The notes beneath the pieces were generated by a model that saw only the letters and a program-made list of their open reading frames with translations, was not told where the DNA came from and did no database searches. This document shows, piece after piece, positions 29,725-38,707 of a stretch of 64,000 nucleotides of DNA. A program made the position numbers and the translations under genes. The first letter of the stretch is position 1. The number at the start of each line of letters is the position of its first letter. This DNA is from Patescibacteria group bacterium (GTDB lineage Bacteria; Patescibacteriota; Patescibacteriia; Patescibacteriales; UBA12465): the NCBI GenBank assembly GCA_050943055.1, contig JBMNOL010000002.1:2855-66854 (forward strand), read 5' to 3'.

Positions 29725-31752
29725 ATGCGCCTCTCCAAAATAATCCCTCTATTTTTAATAATTACTTTTCTTTTTCCGCTTGAAACTTCAGCGCGACTAT
29801 TACCTGATGATCCTTTTTATTCGCGGCAATGGTATTTGGCAAAAGTGAAAGCCGATGAGGCCTGGACCATTGTTTCCGGCACTCCCGATATTACCGTCGC
29901 CGTTATTGATGCCGGTGTTGATATTAATCATCCTGATCTCAAAGGAAACATTTGGATTAATGAGCGTGAGATTCCTGATAATAATCTTGATGATGACGGT
30001 AATGGTTTTATTGATGATGTCTATGGTTGGGATTTTGTAAATGACTTACCTGACCCCTCGCCGAAGTTTGAACCCGGTTGGACGGAGGCCGGTGTTTCTC
30101 ATGGCACCATCATTGCCGGTATTATTGGCGCTCGTGGTAATAATAATCAGGGCGTTACCGGTTTAGCTTGGCGAGCCAACATTATGCCTTTACGGGTTTT
30201 AAATGATCGCGGTGAAGGGCGCGTGAGCGCGGTCGTTCGTGCGATTGATTATGCGATTAGAAATGGCGCCGATATTATTAATTTAAGTTTTGTTACTTAT
30301 AACTATAATGATTCTTTAGCGGCTGCGATTGAGCGTGCTTACGAGGCCGGAATTATTGTGGTCGCGGCCGCGGGTAACGATCAGGCCGCTGGCGATGGTC
30401 GTAACACCGCTAAAAATCCGATTTATCCGGCTTGTATGGATGGTAGTCGCTGGAAAAATATGGTAGTTGGGGTCGCTGCTACTGATGCTCTTGATCAGAA
30501 GACGCTTTTTTCCGGTTATGGTGAAGATTGTATTGATATTACGGCCCCGGGTATTAGTTTTTTTAGCACGATCACTCCCGGGAGCAATCCTGAAGCCGCT
30601 AACCCCTACTATGATGGTTACTGGTCGGGAACAAGTATGGCCACCGCCGTTGTTTCCGGTGTCATGGCTTTAACGGCTCAAGCTAATCCTAACTTGAGTC
30701 GCGCCGATGTGGTCGGTCTGGTTTTAGGTTCGGCCGATTCGGTCGCTTTATTAAATCCGGATTATCCCGGGCAGTTAGGGTTTGGTCGCGTTAATGCGGC
30801 GGCGGCGGTAATGGCGGCCCGACAATTAATGTACGATCACGTTAATCTTTTATTACTAACACCTTATAGCGGCCAGGAGGAAATTTTGGTGGCCAGTTTA
30901 GACGGCGCGACCAGCACTCCTTTTCAGGCTCCGGCCGCTCAAGGTCTAAGTGCGGCCACTGGCGATCTTTTTGGTGATGGTAAAATTAAAGTGGTTACCG
31001 CCAATGGCCTCGGGGCGGAGCCCTGGGTGCGCGTTTATGATCAAAAAGGCAAACTCTTAAAAGAGTTTTTGGCTTATAACCAAAACTTTAAGGGTGGTGT
31101 GCGTCTGGCAGTTGGTGATTATGATCTTGACGGTAAAGCGGAGATTATTACTGTTCCTGGTCCGGGCGGCGGTCCCCATGTGCGGGTCTTTGACGGTTTC
31201 GGTCAGGTGGAGCGGCAATTTTTCGCCGATAGTCTTTTCGATCGTGGCGGTTTAAGCGTTGCCTTAGGTGATGTGGATGGTAATAATCGTCCGGAATTAA
31301 TTATTGGTTTAGGAGAGGGCCGAGAGCCAATTGTTAAAATTTTTAATAATCAGACTAAGTTGGAGGCAGCTTTTTATGTTTATTCTCCTGATTATCGTGG
31401 CGGCGTTAATGTTGCCGCGGCTTCACTTTACGGTCGCCAAAATGGCCAACGTGATAGTATTATTGTGGCTCCGGCCGGCAGCTATCAGCCTCAGGTGAGA
31501 ATTTTTGATAACTATGGTCGCTTACAACAACAATTTCTCGCTTATAATCCCAATTGGCGCGGCGGTGTGAGTTTAGCCGCTGGTGATGTTTCTAATGATG
31601 GTATTGCTGAGATTATTACCGGCGCTCAGTCGGGAGGGGCGGCGCATGCTCGAGTTTTTGATCGGACGGGCAGCTTAGTGTCCTCTTTCTACGCTTATCC
31701 AGAAAGTTTTACTGGTGGTGTTAATGTGAACTTAATTCGTTTTAATAATTAA
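29725..31752 (+). CDS. Secreted subtilisin-like serine protease (S8) fused to FG-GAP/VCBS-type beta-propeller repeats
   Basis: Signal peptide (IPLFLIITFLFPLETSA). The catalytic triad contexts are VIDAGVD (Asp), SHGT (His) and GTSMAT (Ser). The C-terminal half has about six repeats of the form VRVFD..G....F.AY...F.GGV..A.GD.D.DG..EII. Confidence 0.85.
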   Translation: MRLSKIIPLFLIITFLFPLETSARLLPDDPFYSRQWYLAKVKADEAWTIVSGTPDITVAVIDAGVDINHPDLKGNIWINEREIPDNNLDDDGNGFIDDVYGWDFVNDLPDPSPKFEPGWTEAGVSHGTIIAGIIGARGNNNQGVTGLAWRANIMPLRVLNDRGEGRVSAVVRAIDYAIRNGADIINLSFVTYNYNDSLAAAIERAYEAGIIVVAAAGNDQAAGDGRNTAKNPIYPACMDGSRWKNMVVGVAATDALDQKTLFSGYGEDCIDITAPGISFFSTITPGSNPEAANPYYDGYWSGTSMATAVVSGVMALTAQANPNLSRADVVGLVLGSADSVALLNPDYPGQLGFGRVNAAAAVMAARQLMYDHVNLLLLTPYSGQEEILVASLDGATSTPFQAPAAQGLSAATGDLFGDGKIKVVTANGLGAEPWVRVYDQKGKLLKEFLAYNQNFKGGVRLAVGDYDLDGKAEIITVPGPGGGPHVRVFDGFGQVERQFFADSLFDRGGLSVALGDVDGNNRPELIIGLGEGREPIVKIFNNQTKLEAAFYVYSPDYRGGVNVAAASLYGRQNGQRDSIIVAPAGSYQPQVRIFDNYGRLQQQFLAYNPNWRGGVSLAAGDVSNDGIAEIITGAQSGGAAHARVFDRTGSLVSSFYAYPESFTGGVNVNLIRFNN

Positions 31753-31758
31753 AAATAT

Positions 31759-32781
31759 ATGTCCAAACAGGTTATCTTTGATAAAAAAAATGTTTTGGTG
31801 GCTGGTGGCGCCGGTTTTATCGGCTCGCATCTTTGCGACGAACTGGTGAAGACCTGTAAAGTTATTTGTGTTGATAATTTTATTTCTGGCCAGCAAAAAA
31901 ACATTGATCACCTCCTCGCGAATCCAGATTTTATTTTTATTAATCATGATCTCGCGGAGCCTTTAAATCTAGCAGAGATTAAAATTTTAGAACGCTTCAA
32001 GATAAAATTTCAGGGTCTTCAAGAAATTTATAATTTAGCTTGTCCGCTGTCGCCGCGCAATTTTTTAGAAAATCGTTTGGAAATTTTGAAAGCTAATTCT
32101 TTGGTTGTCTATAATTTATTAGAATTAGCGGTTGCCAATAGAGCTAAGTTTATCCAATTTTCCTCTTCGGTTGTCTATGGCGGTCGGGATCTTAATAATA
32201 TTGGACGCAAGGTGCGCGAAACTGAGTTGGGTGTTATCAATCAGTTATCGCCGCGGGCGGCCTATGATGAAGGGAAGCGCTTTGCCGAAACAATGGTTGA
32301 TTCCTATCGCGAGATACATAATTTAGACACCAAAATTGTTCGCCTCTTTAGAATCTATGGTCCGCGCATGACTTTAGACGACGACCAACTAATTCCGGAT
32401 TTGGTTTATTCGGCTATTCAAAATAAACCCTTAGTAATTTTTGGTGATGAAAATTTTTCCTCCTCTTTTTGTTACGTTGATGATGCTATTGATGCTGTTA
32501 TGAAAATGGCCGCTTCTAATTTGAACGGACCAATAAATATTGGTTCCGATGTTGATGTTAATGTCACCGACTTAGCGCAGCTGATTATTAAAGAAACCGA
32601 GTCAGAATCCCCGATTGTCTATTCGGAAAGTAAACTATTTTTAACCGAGTTATTGTTGCCTGATATTTATCAAGCGCGTAATAATCTCGCTTGGATGCCG
32701 GTCGTTACTTTGGAAAATGGAATTAAAAAAACCATCATCTCTTTGCAGTCCGCGAGCCGAACGCAAGGATTTGAGGGTTAG
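31759..32781 (+). CDS. NAD-dependent sugar-nucleotide decarboxylase/epimerase (UDP-glucuronate decarboxylase-like)
   Basis: GGAGFIGSHLCDEL and the YDEGKRFAE catalytic motif characteristic of UXS-type SDR enzymes. Confidence 0.8.
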   Translation: MSKQVIFDKKNVLVAGGAGFIGSHLCDELVKTCKVICVDNFISGQQKNIDHLLANPDFIFINHDLAEPLNLAEIKILERFKIKFQGLQEIYNLACPLSPRNFLENRLEILKANSLVVYNLLELAVANRAKFIQFSSSVVYGGRDLNNIGRKVRETELGVINQLSPRAAYDEGKRFAETMVDSYREIHNLDTKIVRLFRIYGPRMTLDDDQLIPDLVYSAIQNKPLVIFGDENFSSSFCYVDDAIDAVMKMAASNLNGPINIGSDVDVNVTDLAQLIIKETESESPIVYSESKLFLTELLLPDIYQARNNLAWMPVVTLENGIKKTIISLQSASRTQGFEG

Positions 32782-32783
32782 TT

Positions 32784-33881
32784 TTAATCAACTAAATTTA
32801 AAATTTGTTCGCCGTAAGCTGGTGGTGGCGGGGTCGTCTGAGAAGGCGCCCCGTTTTTAATAAAATCATTTAGGGTTGCTATTAAGCTCTCAAGATTGTC
32901 GGGTTCAAAAAGGAGGCCGCCCCAACGTTCAATCAGTTCAGGAATACCGCCTAAGGCGGCGGCGATCACCGGCGTCTTGGTCTGGTGGGCCTCATAAATA
33001 ACCGTCGGTGAATTTTCATAACAACGCGATGGCACAATTAAGGCTAGGCTTTGGGCTAACTCCAAATTCACAGTCGCCCGGTTTTGCCGCCCTAAAAATT
33101 TAACATTGCTGGCCGCCTGGCTGTTTTCGTGTTCACCGATGATAACAAAATTATAATCCGGAAATTTTTCGGCGGCGCCTAGAAATAAATCTAAACCTTT
33201 ATGGTAACCGGCCTGACCAATGAATAAAAATTGTTTCTTTCTCTCTGGAGTTGGAGTAAAACTTTTTACCAAGGGGTTGGGGATGACGAAACAGTTATGG
33301 TTTTTAAAAAATCCTTGTTGTCGGTAAAGATCGAGAAGCCACTTTGACGGGGCGACCACACGCATATCTTGGGGGCCGCGTTCTAATAATTGGCGACCCA
33401 GTCTTTGATAAATTTTTGCCGGCTGGCGGTTAATAATTTTTTCTTGCCCCCAATAAAGTAAACCTGAGGGGTGGAGCCACTGAATGTCGTGAAGGGTTAA
33501 AATAAATTTGGCTCCTTCTTTTTTAACTAAGCCTGGCGTTAGCCCGCCTAAACCCATTAAATTGTGGGCAATCACTAAATCAGGTTTTTCTTGTTTAATA
33601 ATTTTCTTTAAGCGTTTCCTCTGAATGCCGTTAAATAAATTTCCGAACTGCCAAAATAACCGGTAAATAAAGTTTTTTTCACTCAAGTGGTAATAATTTG
33701 AAGGTAAATAAAAAACATCCGGCATTTCTTCCGCCGGGCGGCGCGCTTTTTTCGGGTAGGTGCAAACAATTTTTACCGTGTGGCCGGCGGCTCTAAATTC
33801 TTGAGCGCTTAGGTCAACAATTCGCTCGGCCCCGCCGCGCTCGTAAGGCGTAAATAAATTATTGAGTAATAAAATTTTCAT
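32784..33881 (-). CDS. Glycosyltransferase family 4
   Basis: 365 aa with GT-B architecture and the C-terminal ENSPTVIYEAHQTKTPVIA motif. Its start overlaps the upstream gene's stop (ATGA). Confidence 0.85.
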   Translation of the reverse strand: MKILLLNNLFTPYERGGAERIVDLSAQEFRAAGHTVKIVCTYPKKARRPAEEMPDVFYLPSNYYHLSEKNFIYRLFWQFGNLFNGIQRKRLKKIIKQEKPDLVIAHNLMGLGGLTPGLVKKEGAKFILTLHDIQWLHPSGLLYWGQEKIINRQPAKIYQRLGRQLLERGPQDMRVVAPSKWLLDLYRQQGFFKNHNCFVIPNPLVKSFTPTPERKKQFLFIGQAGYHKGLDLFLGAAEKFPDYNFVIIGEHENSQAASNVKFLGRQNRATVNLELAQSLALIVPSRCYENSPTVIYEAHQTKTPVIAAALGGIPELIERWGGLLFEPDNLESLIATLNDFIKNGAPSQTTPPPPAYGEQILNLVD

Positions 33882-35041
33882 GAAAACATTTTTTTTAAAA
33901 GACGCTTGGTCGTTTCTAGGGAATAGTTATCAAGAGCATAGGCTCGTGCCGCCTGGCCATAAGCGCGCCGTCGCGGTTCATTGCCGATTAAAGCCGCTAT
34001 CTTAGCCGCGAGGTCGTCACGGTCGCGAGGTTTTACTAGTAGGCCGTCAATTTCCGGACGGAAAACAGTGCGTACTCCCGGTAGGTCGGAAGCAATGACG
34101 GGGACCCCGCAGGCCATTGCTTCGGTTAAAACTAAACCGAAGGCCTCATGACTATTGATTGAAGGGAGAATAAATAAATCACTGTCTTGATAAGTACGAA
34201 TTAATTCTTCTTCCGGTAAGCGCCCCACGAATTTTAAGTGCCGACTTAAATTTAGCTCGGCGCCTTGCTTTTCGTAATCGACGCGTCGGTCACCGTCACC
34301 GACAATAGTTAATTGCCAATTCTTTAAACGGAGCTTGGTAAGTGCCGACAATAAAATGTTTAGTCCTTTAAAATAGTGAGCGCTATCTAGGCCGCCGACA
34401 AACAGTAAATTAACACGACCGCGTTTAATAAAATTATGATTAACAAAATCCACAATCTCTTTGCCCTTAGCCGTTAATTCATCATTTTCATCCGGCAGTT
34501 TGGGGCGATAAGCTTCAGTGTCTAAGCCAAAAGGGAGGGTGATAAATTTTTCCGGCCAGCGTTTTAGTAAGGGCGCGATTTGGCTGTGACTTAAATAATC
34601 AAGACTAGCGGCAGAGATTTTAGTGGCGCGAGCGAATAATTTTTTTCGGCTCAGGCGGCTAGGCCAAGATAAAAACTTAAAACGAAAATCTAAGTTTCCG
34701 GTATCCATGTGGTAATGGATAAATAATTTTTTCTTGGGGTTAACCAATAAAAATAAATAAATAATTAAATCGGCGCCGAAAAAAGGATAATGTAAAAAAA
34801 TCGCTTCATATTTTCGGAGACGCCAGAGTAGGGAAATCGTCAAGCCGCCATGACCGGCTCTAATTTTAGGATTTAAGTAAACCAAATTAGGCTCCTCATT
34901 ATTTTTGGGGCCAGATAAAGGGGTGAGGGTAAAAGTTGTTAGATCGTGGTCGGCGGCGAGTAGTTTTCCAAAGCGGGCGGCGACTTGGCCAATCCCGCCG
35001 GGGTAAGGGGGGTAAGCGCAAACCACTTGCGCAATTTTCAT
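33878..35041 (-). CDS. Glycosyltransferase family 4
   Basis: 387 aa with the EAFGLVLTEAMACGVPVIAS motif. Confidence 0.85.
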   Translation of the reverse strand: MKIAQVVCAYPPYPGGIGQVAARFGKLLAADHDLTTFTLTPLSGPKNNEEPNLVYLNPKIRAGHGGLTISLLWRLRKYEAIFLHYPFFGADLIIYLFLLVNPKKKLFIHYHMDTGNLDFRFKFLSWPSRLSRKKLFARATKISAASLDYLSHSQIAPLLKRWPEKFITLPFGLDTEAYRPKLPDENDELTAKGKEIVDFVNHNFIKRGRVNLLFVGGLDSAHYFKGLNILLSALTKLRLKNWQLTIVGDGDRRVDYEKQGAELNLSRHLKFVGRLPEEELIRTYQDSDLFILPSINSHEAFGLVLTEAMACGVPVIASDLPGVRTVFRPEIDGLLVKPRDRDDLAAKIAALIGNEPRRRAYGQAARAYALDNYSLETTKRLLKKMFS

Positions 35042-35046
35042 AAGAA

Positions 35047-35424
35047 TTATTTTGAATCAGAATCTTTAGGCGTTGTTTTGTTTACCTGAGAGCGCGCCCC
35101 ACGTAAAGCCTCACGGCGCGCTAAAACTGTTAAATCCTGTTCTAATCTAACTAAATGTAGACGCATTTTAAAGACTAAGTAGAAGAGAGTTAAAGTCGCG
35201 AGATAAAATAAGAGGTTAATGCCACTAGCGCTTAAGCCGAGGGTGGCAGTTAAACGGTCAAGCGGTTTTAAAAAAATAATTGCCAGACCAGAAAGGCCCC
35301 AAAAAATTAGCCAGAGGACGAATTCGCTACCATTGATTATTTTACGACTTTTTTGTTTGAAGAGTTGGGTCGTGAAAAAAATAATAATGATTAAAGCGAT
35401 CAATTGTTGCCAGGAAAAAAACAT
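35047..35424 (-). CDS. Small membrane protein, DUF2304-like
   Basis: 125 aa with about four TM segments and a C-terminal amphipathic helix (RLEQDLTVLARREAL). Layout and adjacency to a GT2 gene match my recollection of DUF2304. Confidence 0.55.
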   Translation of the reverse strand: MFFSWQQLIALIIIIFFTTQLFKQKSRKIINGSEFVLWLIFWGLSGLAIIFLKPLDRLTATLGLSASGINLLFYLATLTLFYLVFKMRLHLVRLEQDLTVLARREALRGARSQVNKTTPKDSDSK

Positions 35425-35430
35425 ATAATT

Positions 35431-36087
35431 TTAGTTAGAAAATTTTTGTAAGAGCAGATCTTTAATAATTCTAAAACCCCCGCCAATTTTTTGACCAAAG
35501 TGATGATAGGTAACATGAATCGGCACTTCTTTTAGACGGCAGCCGGTTTTAACGGTTTTAAAAAGAATTTCGGTGCAATGTGCCATTCCTCGGTTAGTAA
35601 TTGTTATCTGTTCCCAAACCTCTCTTTTAAGGGCGCGAAAACCGCTCTGGGGATCCGTTGTCCGTACTCCGAGCCAGCGGTTCAGTTGGCGGGCCAGTGG
35701 CATAATTAAATAACGTTTTAGGGGTGGAAAATTAGCGTGTCCTAAAAAACGAGAACCAAAAACGGCGTCCGCTTCATCATTTAACAGCGGCGCTAAAACT
35801 ACCGGTATTTCTTCACTCTTAAATTGATCATCGGCGTCAAAATGAACAATGATGTCGGCGCCATTTTTTAGGGCGTATTCGTTGCCGGTTTGTAGAGCCG
35901 CTCCTTGACCACGGTTAATTGGATGGCGGATGACCGTCACTGGATAATTTAGAGAAATGGCGCTGGTTTGGTCGCGTGAGCAGTCGTCAACCACAACTAC
36001 CTCGTCAACTAAGGGGTAGACTTTTTCTAAAACGGCCGCGATATTTTTCGCCTCGTTATAGGCGGGGATGATACAAGCAATTTTCAT
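35431..36087 (-). CDS. Glycosyltransferase family 2 (polyprenyl-phosphate sugar synthase-like)
   Basis: CIIPAYNE, VVVVDDCSRD and FDADDQ (DxD) motifs. At 218 aa it is a soluble GT-A domain only. Confidence 0.85.
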   Translation of the reverse strand: MKIACIIPAYNEAKNIAAVLEKVYPLVDEVVVVDDCSRDQTSAISLNYPVTVIRHPINRGQGAALQTGNEYALKNGADIIVHFDADDQFKSEEIPVVLAPLLNDEADAVFGSRFLGHANFPPLKRYLIMPLARQLNRWLGVRTTDPQSGFRALKREVWEQITITNRGMAHCTEILFKTVKTGCRLKEVPIHVTYHHFGQKIGGGFRIIKDLLLQKFSN

Positions 36088-37124
36088 AGTTCAGTTTCAG
36101 GAGCGATCAAAGCATTGGCCGCCTTAATAATTAAATCAGTACTTAAAGCGGCGCTCCATTTTGTCTTTCCCCCGCTTGATTCTTCAAGGGCAAAAACGGC
36201 AGTTCGGCCGCTAATCGCGGAGTGCTGGCAATAGGAGCAGCCGCGACTGTGAAAAAATTTATTGGGCCGATAACTTTTTTCCGGTGGCCAATAACGATCT
36301 AGTAATCCTTGGTAGTGCTGGGCCGGACGAGCCACTAAACAATGAGGGCAATTTTTATCTTTAAGTTCTTGATAAATTATCATTAAGGCTAAATCAGCGG
36401 GAGCTGTCTTTTTTAATTGCGTGGCGGTTTGAGCGGGCTGATTAGAGTGGCTAGCGGCTAAGACTAAACGCCCTTCGGCCGCGGCTGTGATCGCCGCTGC
36501 CAATAACTCCGTGTCCGCATCGTCGATTGCCAGCCAGTCGTAATCTTGTTTCTTAATTTTTTCTAAACTTTGTTTCCGCTTGTTTTGCTCGCGAATAATA
36601 TTCACTCGATCAATTTTTGTTTCCGGATATTTTTCTAAAATCGCGCCGGCACTTTTATCGTTAATCAGTTCACGGACGAGCGCTTGTAAGGTAGTTGTCT
36701 TGCCTTGATGATGATCGGCGAGAATGACGACTAAGCCTCGGCGACGCTTCAGGAATTCTTTAATCTTTATCCGAGACTCTCTTACCAAGCCGAGCCGACT
36801 TAAACGAGTAGGGCCAGCCGGATCGTTAATAAATTGGAGAATAATTTTTTCGCCTCCTGCCTCGGGAATAATTGACAGGCGCATGGCTCCAAAATCATCT
36901 TTTAAATAGGCATTGCTAACTAAATCGTCGGGTGCCAGATCGAGCAGGCGCCGGTAAGCTGTGCCTAAATCATTAGCAAAATTAGGTTCAATCACTAAGC
37001 GATAAGGGCGCTGATTATTTTCGCCGCGCAAAACTTGGCGGCCACCCTCGGGTGCAATCGCGACCGCCGTTAATTGGTGCTGGCGCGCGTAACGGCTAAT
37101 TTTTTTTAAGCTCTTATTAGTCAT
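36084..37124 (-). CDS. Divergent, shortened GspE/PilB-family secretion-ATPase-like protein
   Basis: 346 aa. It has an N2-like segment (RLSIIPEAGGEKIILQFI), Walker A as ADHHQGKTTTL, a His-box-like GRLVLAASHSN and a tetracysteine CPHC...CSYC. The Asp-box and Walker B positions are altered to EKYPE and LAIDDAD. Confidence 0.65.
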   Translation of the reverse strand: MTNKSLKKISRYARQHQLTAVAIAPEGGRQVLRGENNQRPYRLVIEPNFANDLGTAYRRLLDLAPDDLVSNAYLKDDFGAMRLSIIPEAGGEKIILQFINDPAGPTRLSRLGLVRESRIKIKEFLKRRRGLVVILADHHQGKTTTLQALVRELINDKSAGAILEKYPETKIDRVNIIREQNKRKQSLEKIKKQDYDWLAIDDADTELLAAAITAAAEGRLVLAASHSNQPAQTATQLKKTAPADLALMIIYQELKDKNCPHCLVARPAQHYQGLLDRYWPPEKSYRPNKFFHSRGCSYCQHSAISGRTAVFALEESSGGKTKWSAALSTDLIIKAANALIAPETEL

Positions 37125-37211
37125 GAGCTTATTATACCATTATTTATCTTATTATTAAAATATGCTAAACTGGTAAAGTAAATTGTATTTACCCTAATTT
37201 TAGCTAGTATT

Positions 37212-37625
37212 ATGTCGTACTCGCAATTTTATGGTCGACTGCAAAATTGGCGTCTGCAGACGACTGGAACGATCAAGGATTTGTTTGGTTTGACTGCTAA
37301 TCGCTGGTATTTATTGGCGATTTTAGTCATTCAAGCAGTTTCCTGGTGGCTAGCCTCTTACATATATCAAGAAATTGCTGGCAGTCTGCTGATTTTGCAC
37401 TATAATATTGACTTCGGAATTGACCAAATTGGCGCTCCTAACCTAATTTTTAATTTTCCTCTTTTTGGAGCTCTTTTGCTTTTATTAACCATAATTTTCT
37501 TGGTAATTTTGGGAAGTGGCCGCCATTTTAAAATTCAGAGTCATTTTTTAATGGGGGCAGCGACAGTTAGTAACTTAGGAATCTTAGTGGTGCTTATTTT
37601 AATATATTTAATGAACTTCCGTTAA
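37212..37625 (+). CDS. Hypothetical membrane protein
   Basis: 137 aa with 3 hydrophobic segments. It ends 6 nt upstream of mraY. Confidence 0.55.
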   Translation: MSYSQFYGRLQNWRLQTTGTIKDLFGLTANRWYLLAILVIQAVSWWLASYIYQEIAGSLLILHYNIDFGIDQIGAPNLIFNFPLFGALLLLLTIIFLVILGSGRHFKIQSHFLMGAATVSNLGILVVLILIYLMNFR

Positions 37626-37631
37626 AAATAT

Positions 37632-38684
37632 ATGGAGTATTTTTACATCATTAAAATTCTGCTTCTCGCTATGGCCGCCTTTGTGTTTGCCGGCTTTATG
37701 ACGCCCTTACTGACAAATTTTTTATACAAACACAAACTGGGAAAAAAGATTCGCAATTCCGGCGAGACGCCAATTTTTTCTAAACTTCATGCCGCCAAAG
37801 AAGGAACACCAACGATGGGTGGTATTTTAATTTGGGGAACGGTTTTAATTTTTGCGTTGGGGCTTTATTTAATCGCTCACATTTTTGACTGGGAGTTCGC
37901 TCGCAATCTAAATTTTTTAACTCGTTCAGAAACTTTACTGCCTTTAGGCGCTCTAGTCGCTTCCGCTCTTATCGGCTTAGTAGACGACTGGCTAGATGTT
38001 CGTGGTAAAGGGGTTTTAGGTGGTGGCGGTTTAAAAATGCGCCATCGTCTTTTGGTTTATACGGCCATCGCTTTAATTGGCGCGCTCTGGTTTTATTTTA
38101 AATTGGACTGGACTGTTTTTCATGTTCCCTTTGTCGGTAATATTGAAATTTCCTGGTGGTATATTCCGGTCTTTGTCTTTATTGTGGTTGCCACCGCTTT
38201 TTCCGTTAATGAAACTGACGGTTTAGATGGTTTAGCGGGGGGTACTTTACTGGTGGCTTTTTCCGCCTACGCCGTTATTGCTTTTATTCTTGGTCGTTAT
38301 GAGTTAGCGACTTTTTGCGCGGTGATTATCGGAGCCCTGATGGCTTTTTTATGGTACAACATTCCGCCGGCTCGTTTTTATATGGGCGATACCGGGTCGA
38401 TGAGTTTAGGAATTACCCTGGCGATTATTGCTTTACTAACCAATAGCGCCTTACTCTTGGTTTTTATTGGCTTTATTTTTTTAGTGGAATCTCTATCGGT
38501 TATTATTCAACTAACCTCTAAAAAATTGCGTCGGGGTAAAAAAGTCTTCCTGTCCACCCCGATTCATCATCATTTTCAAGCCATCGGCTGGCCGGAGAGT
38601 AAGATTGTTATGCGTTTTTGGTTGGTGGCCGGCGCGCTGGCCATTATTGGCGTTATTATTTTCTTAGTTGATCGCGGTTTTTAG
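37632..38684 (+). CDS. mraY: Phospho-N-acetylmuramoyl-pentapeptide transferase
   Basis: Polytopic protein with the conserved motifs VDDWLD, NETDGLDGLA and MGDTGS. Confidence 0.93.
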   Translation: MEYFYIIKILLLAMAAFVFAGFMTPLLTNFLYKHKLGKKIRNSGETPIFSKLHAAKEGTPTMGGILIWGTVLIFALGLYLIAHIFDWEFARNLNFLTRSETLLPLGALVASALIGLVDDWLDVRGKGVLGGGGLKMRHRLLVYTAIALIGALWFYFKLDWTVFHVPFVGNIEISWWYIPVFVFIVVATAFSVNETDGLDGLAGGTLLVAFSAYAVIAFILGRYELATFCAVIIGALMAFLWYNIPPARFYMGDTGSMSLGITLAIIALLTNSALLLVFIGFIFLVESLSVIIQLTSKKLRRGKKVFLSTPIHHHFQAIGWPESKIVMRFWLVAGALAIIGVIIFLVDRGF

Positions 38685-38707
38685 ACCGAGACAATTATTT
38701 TAAAATC

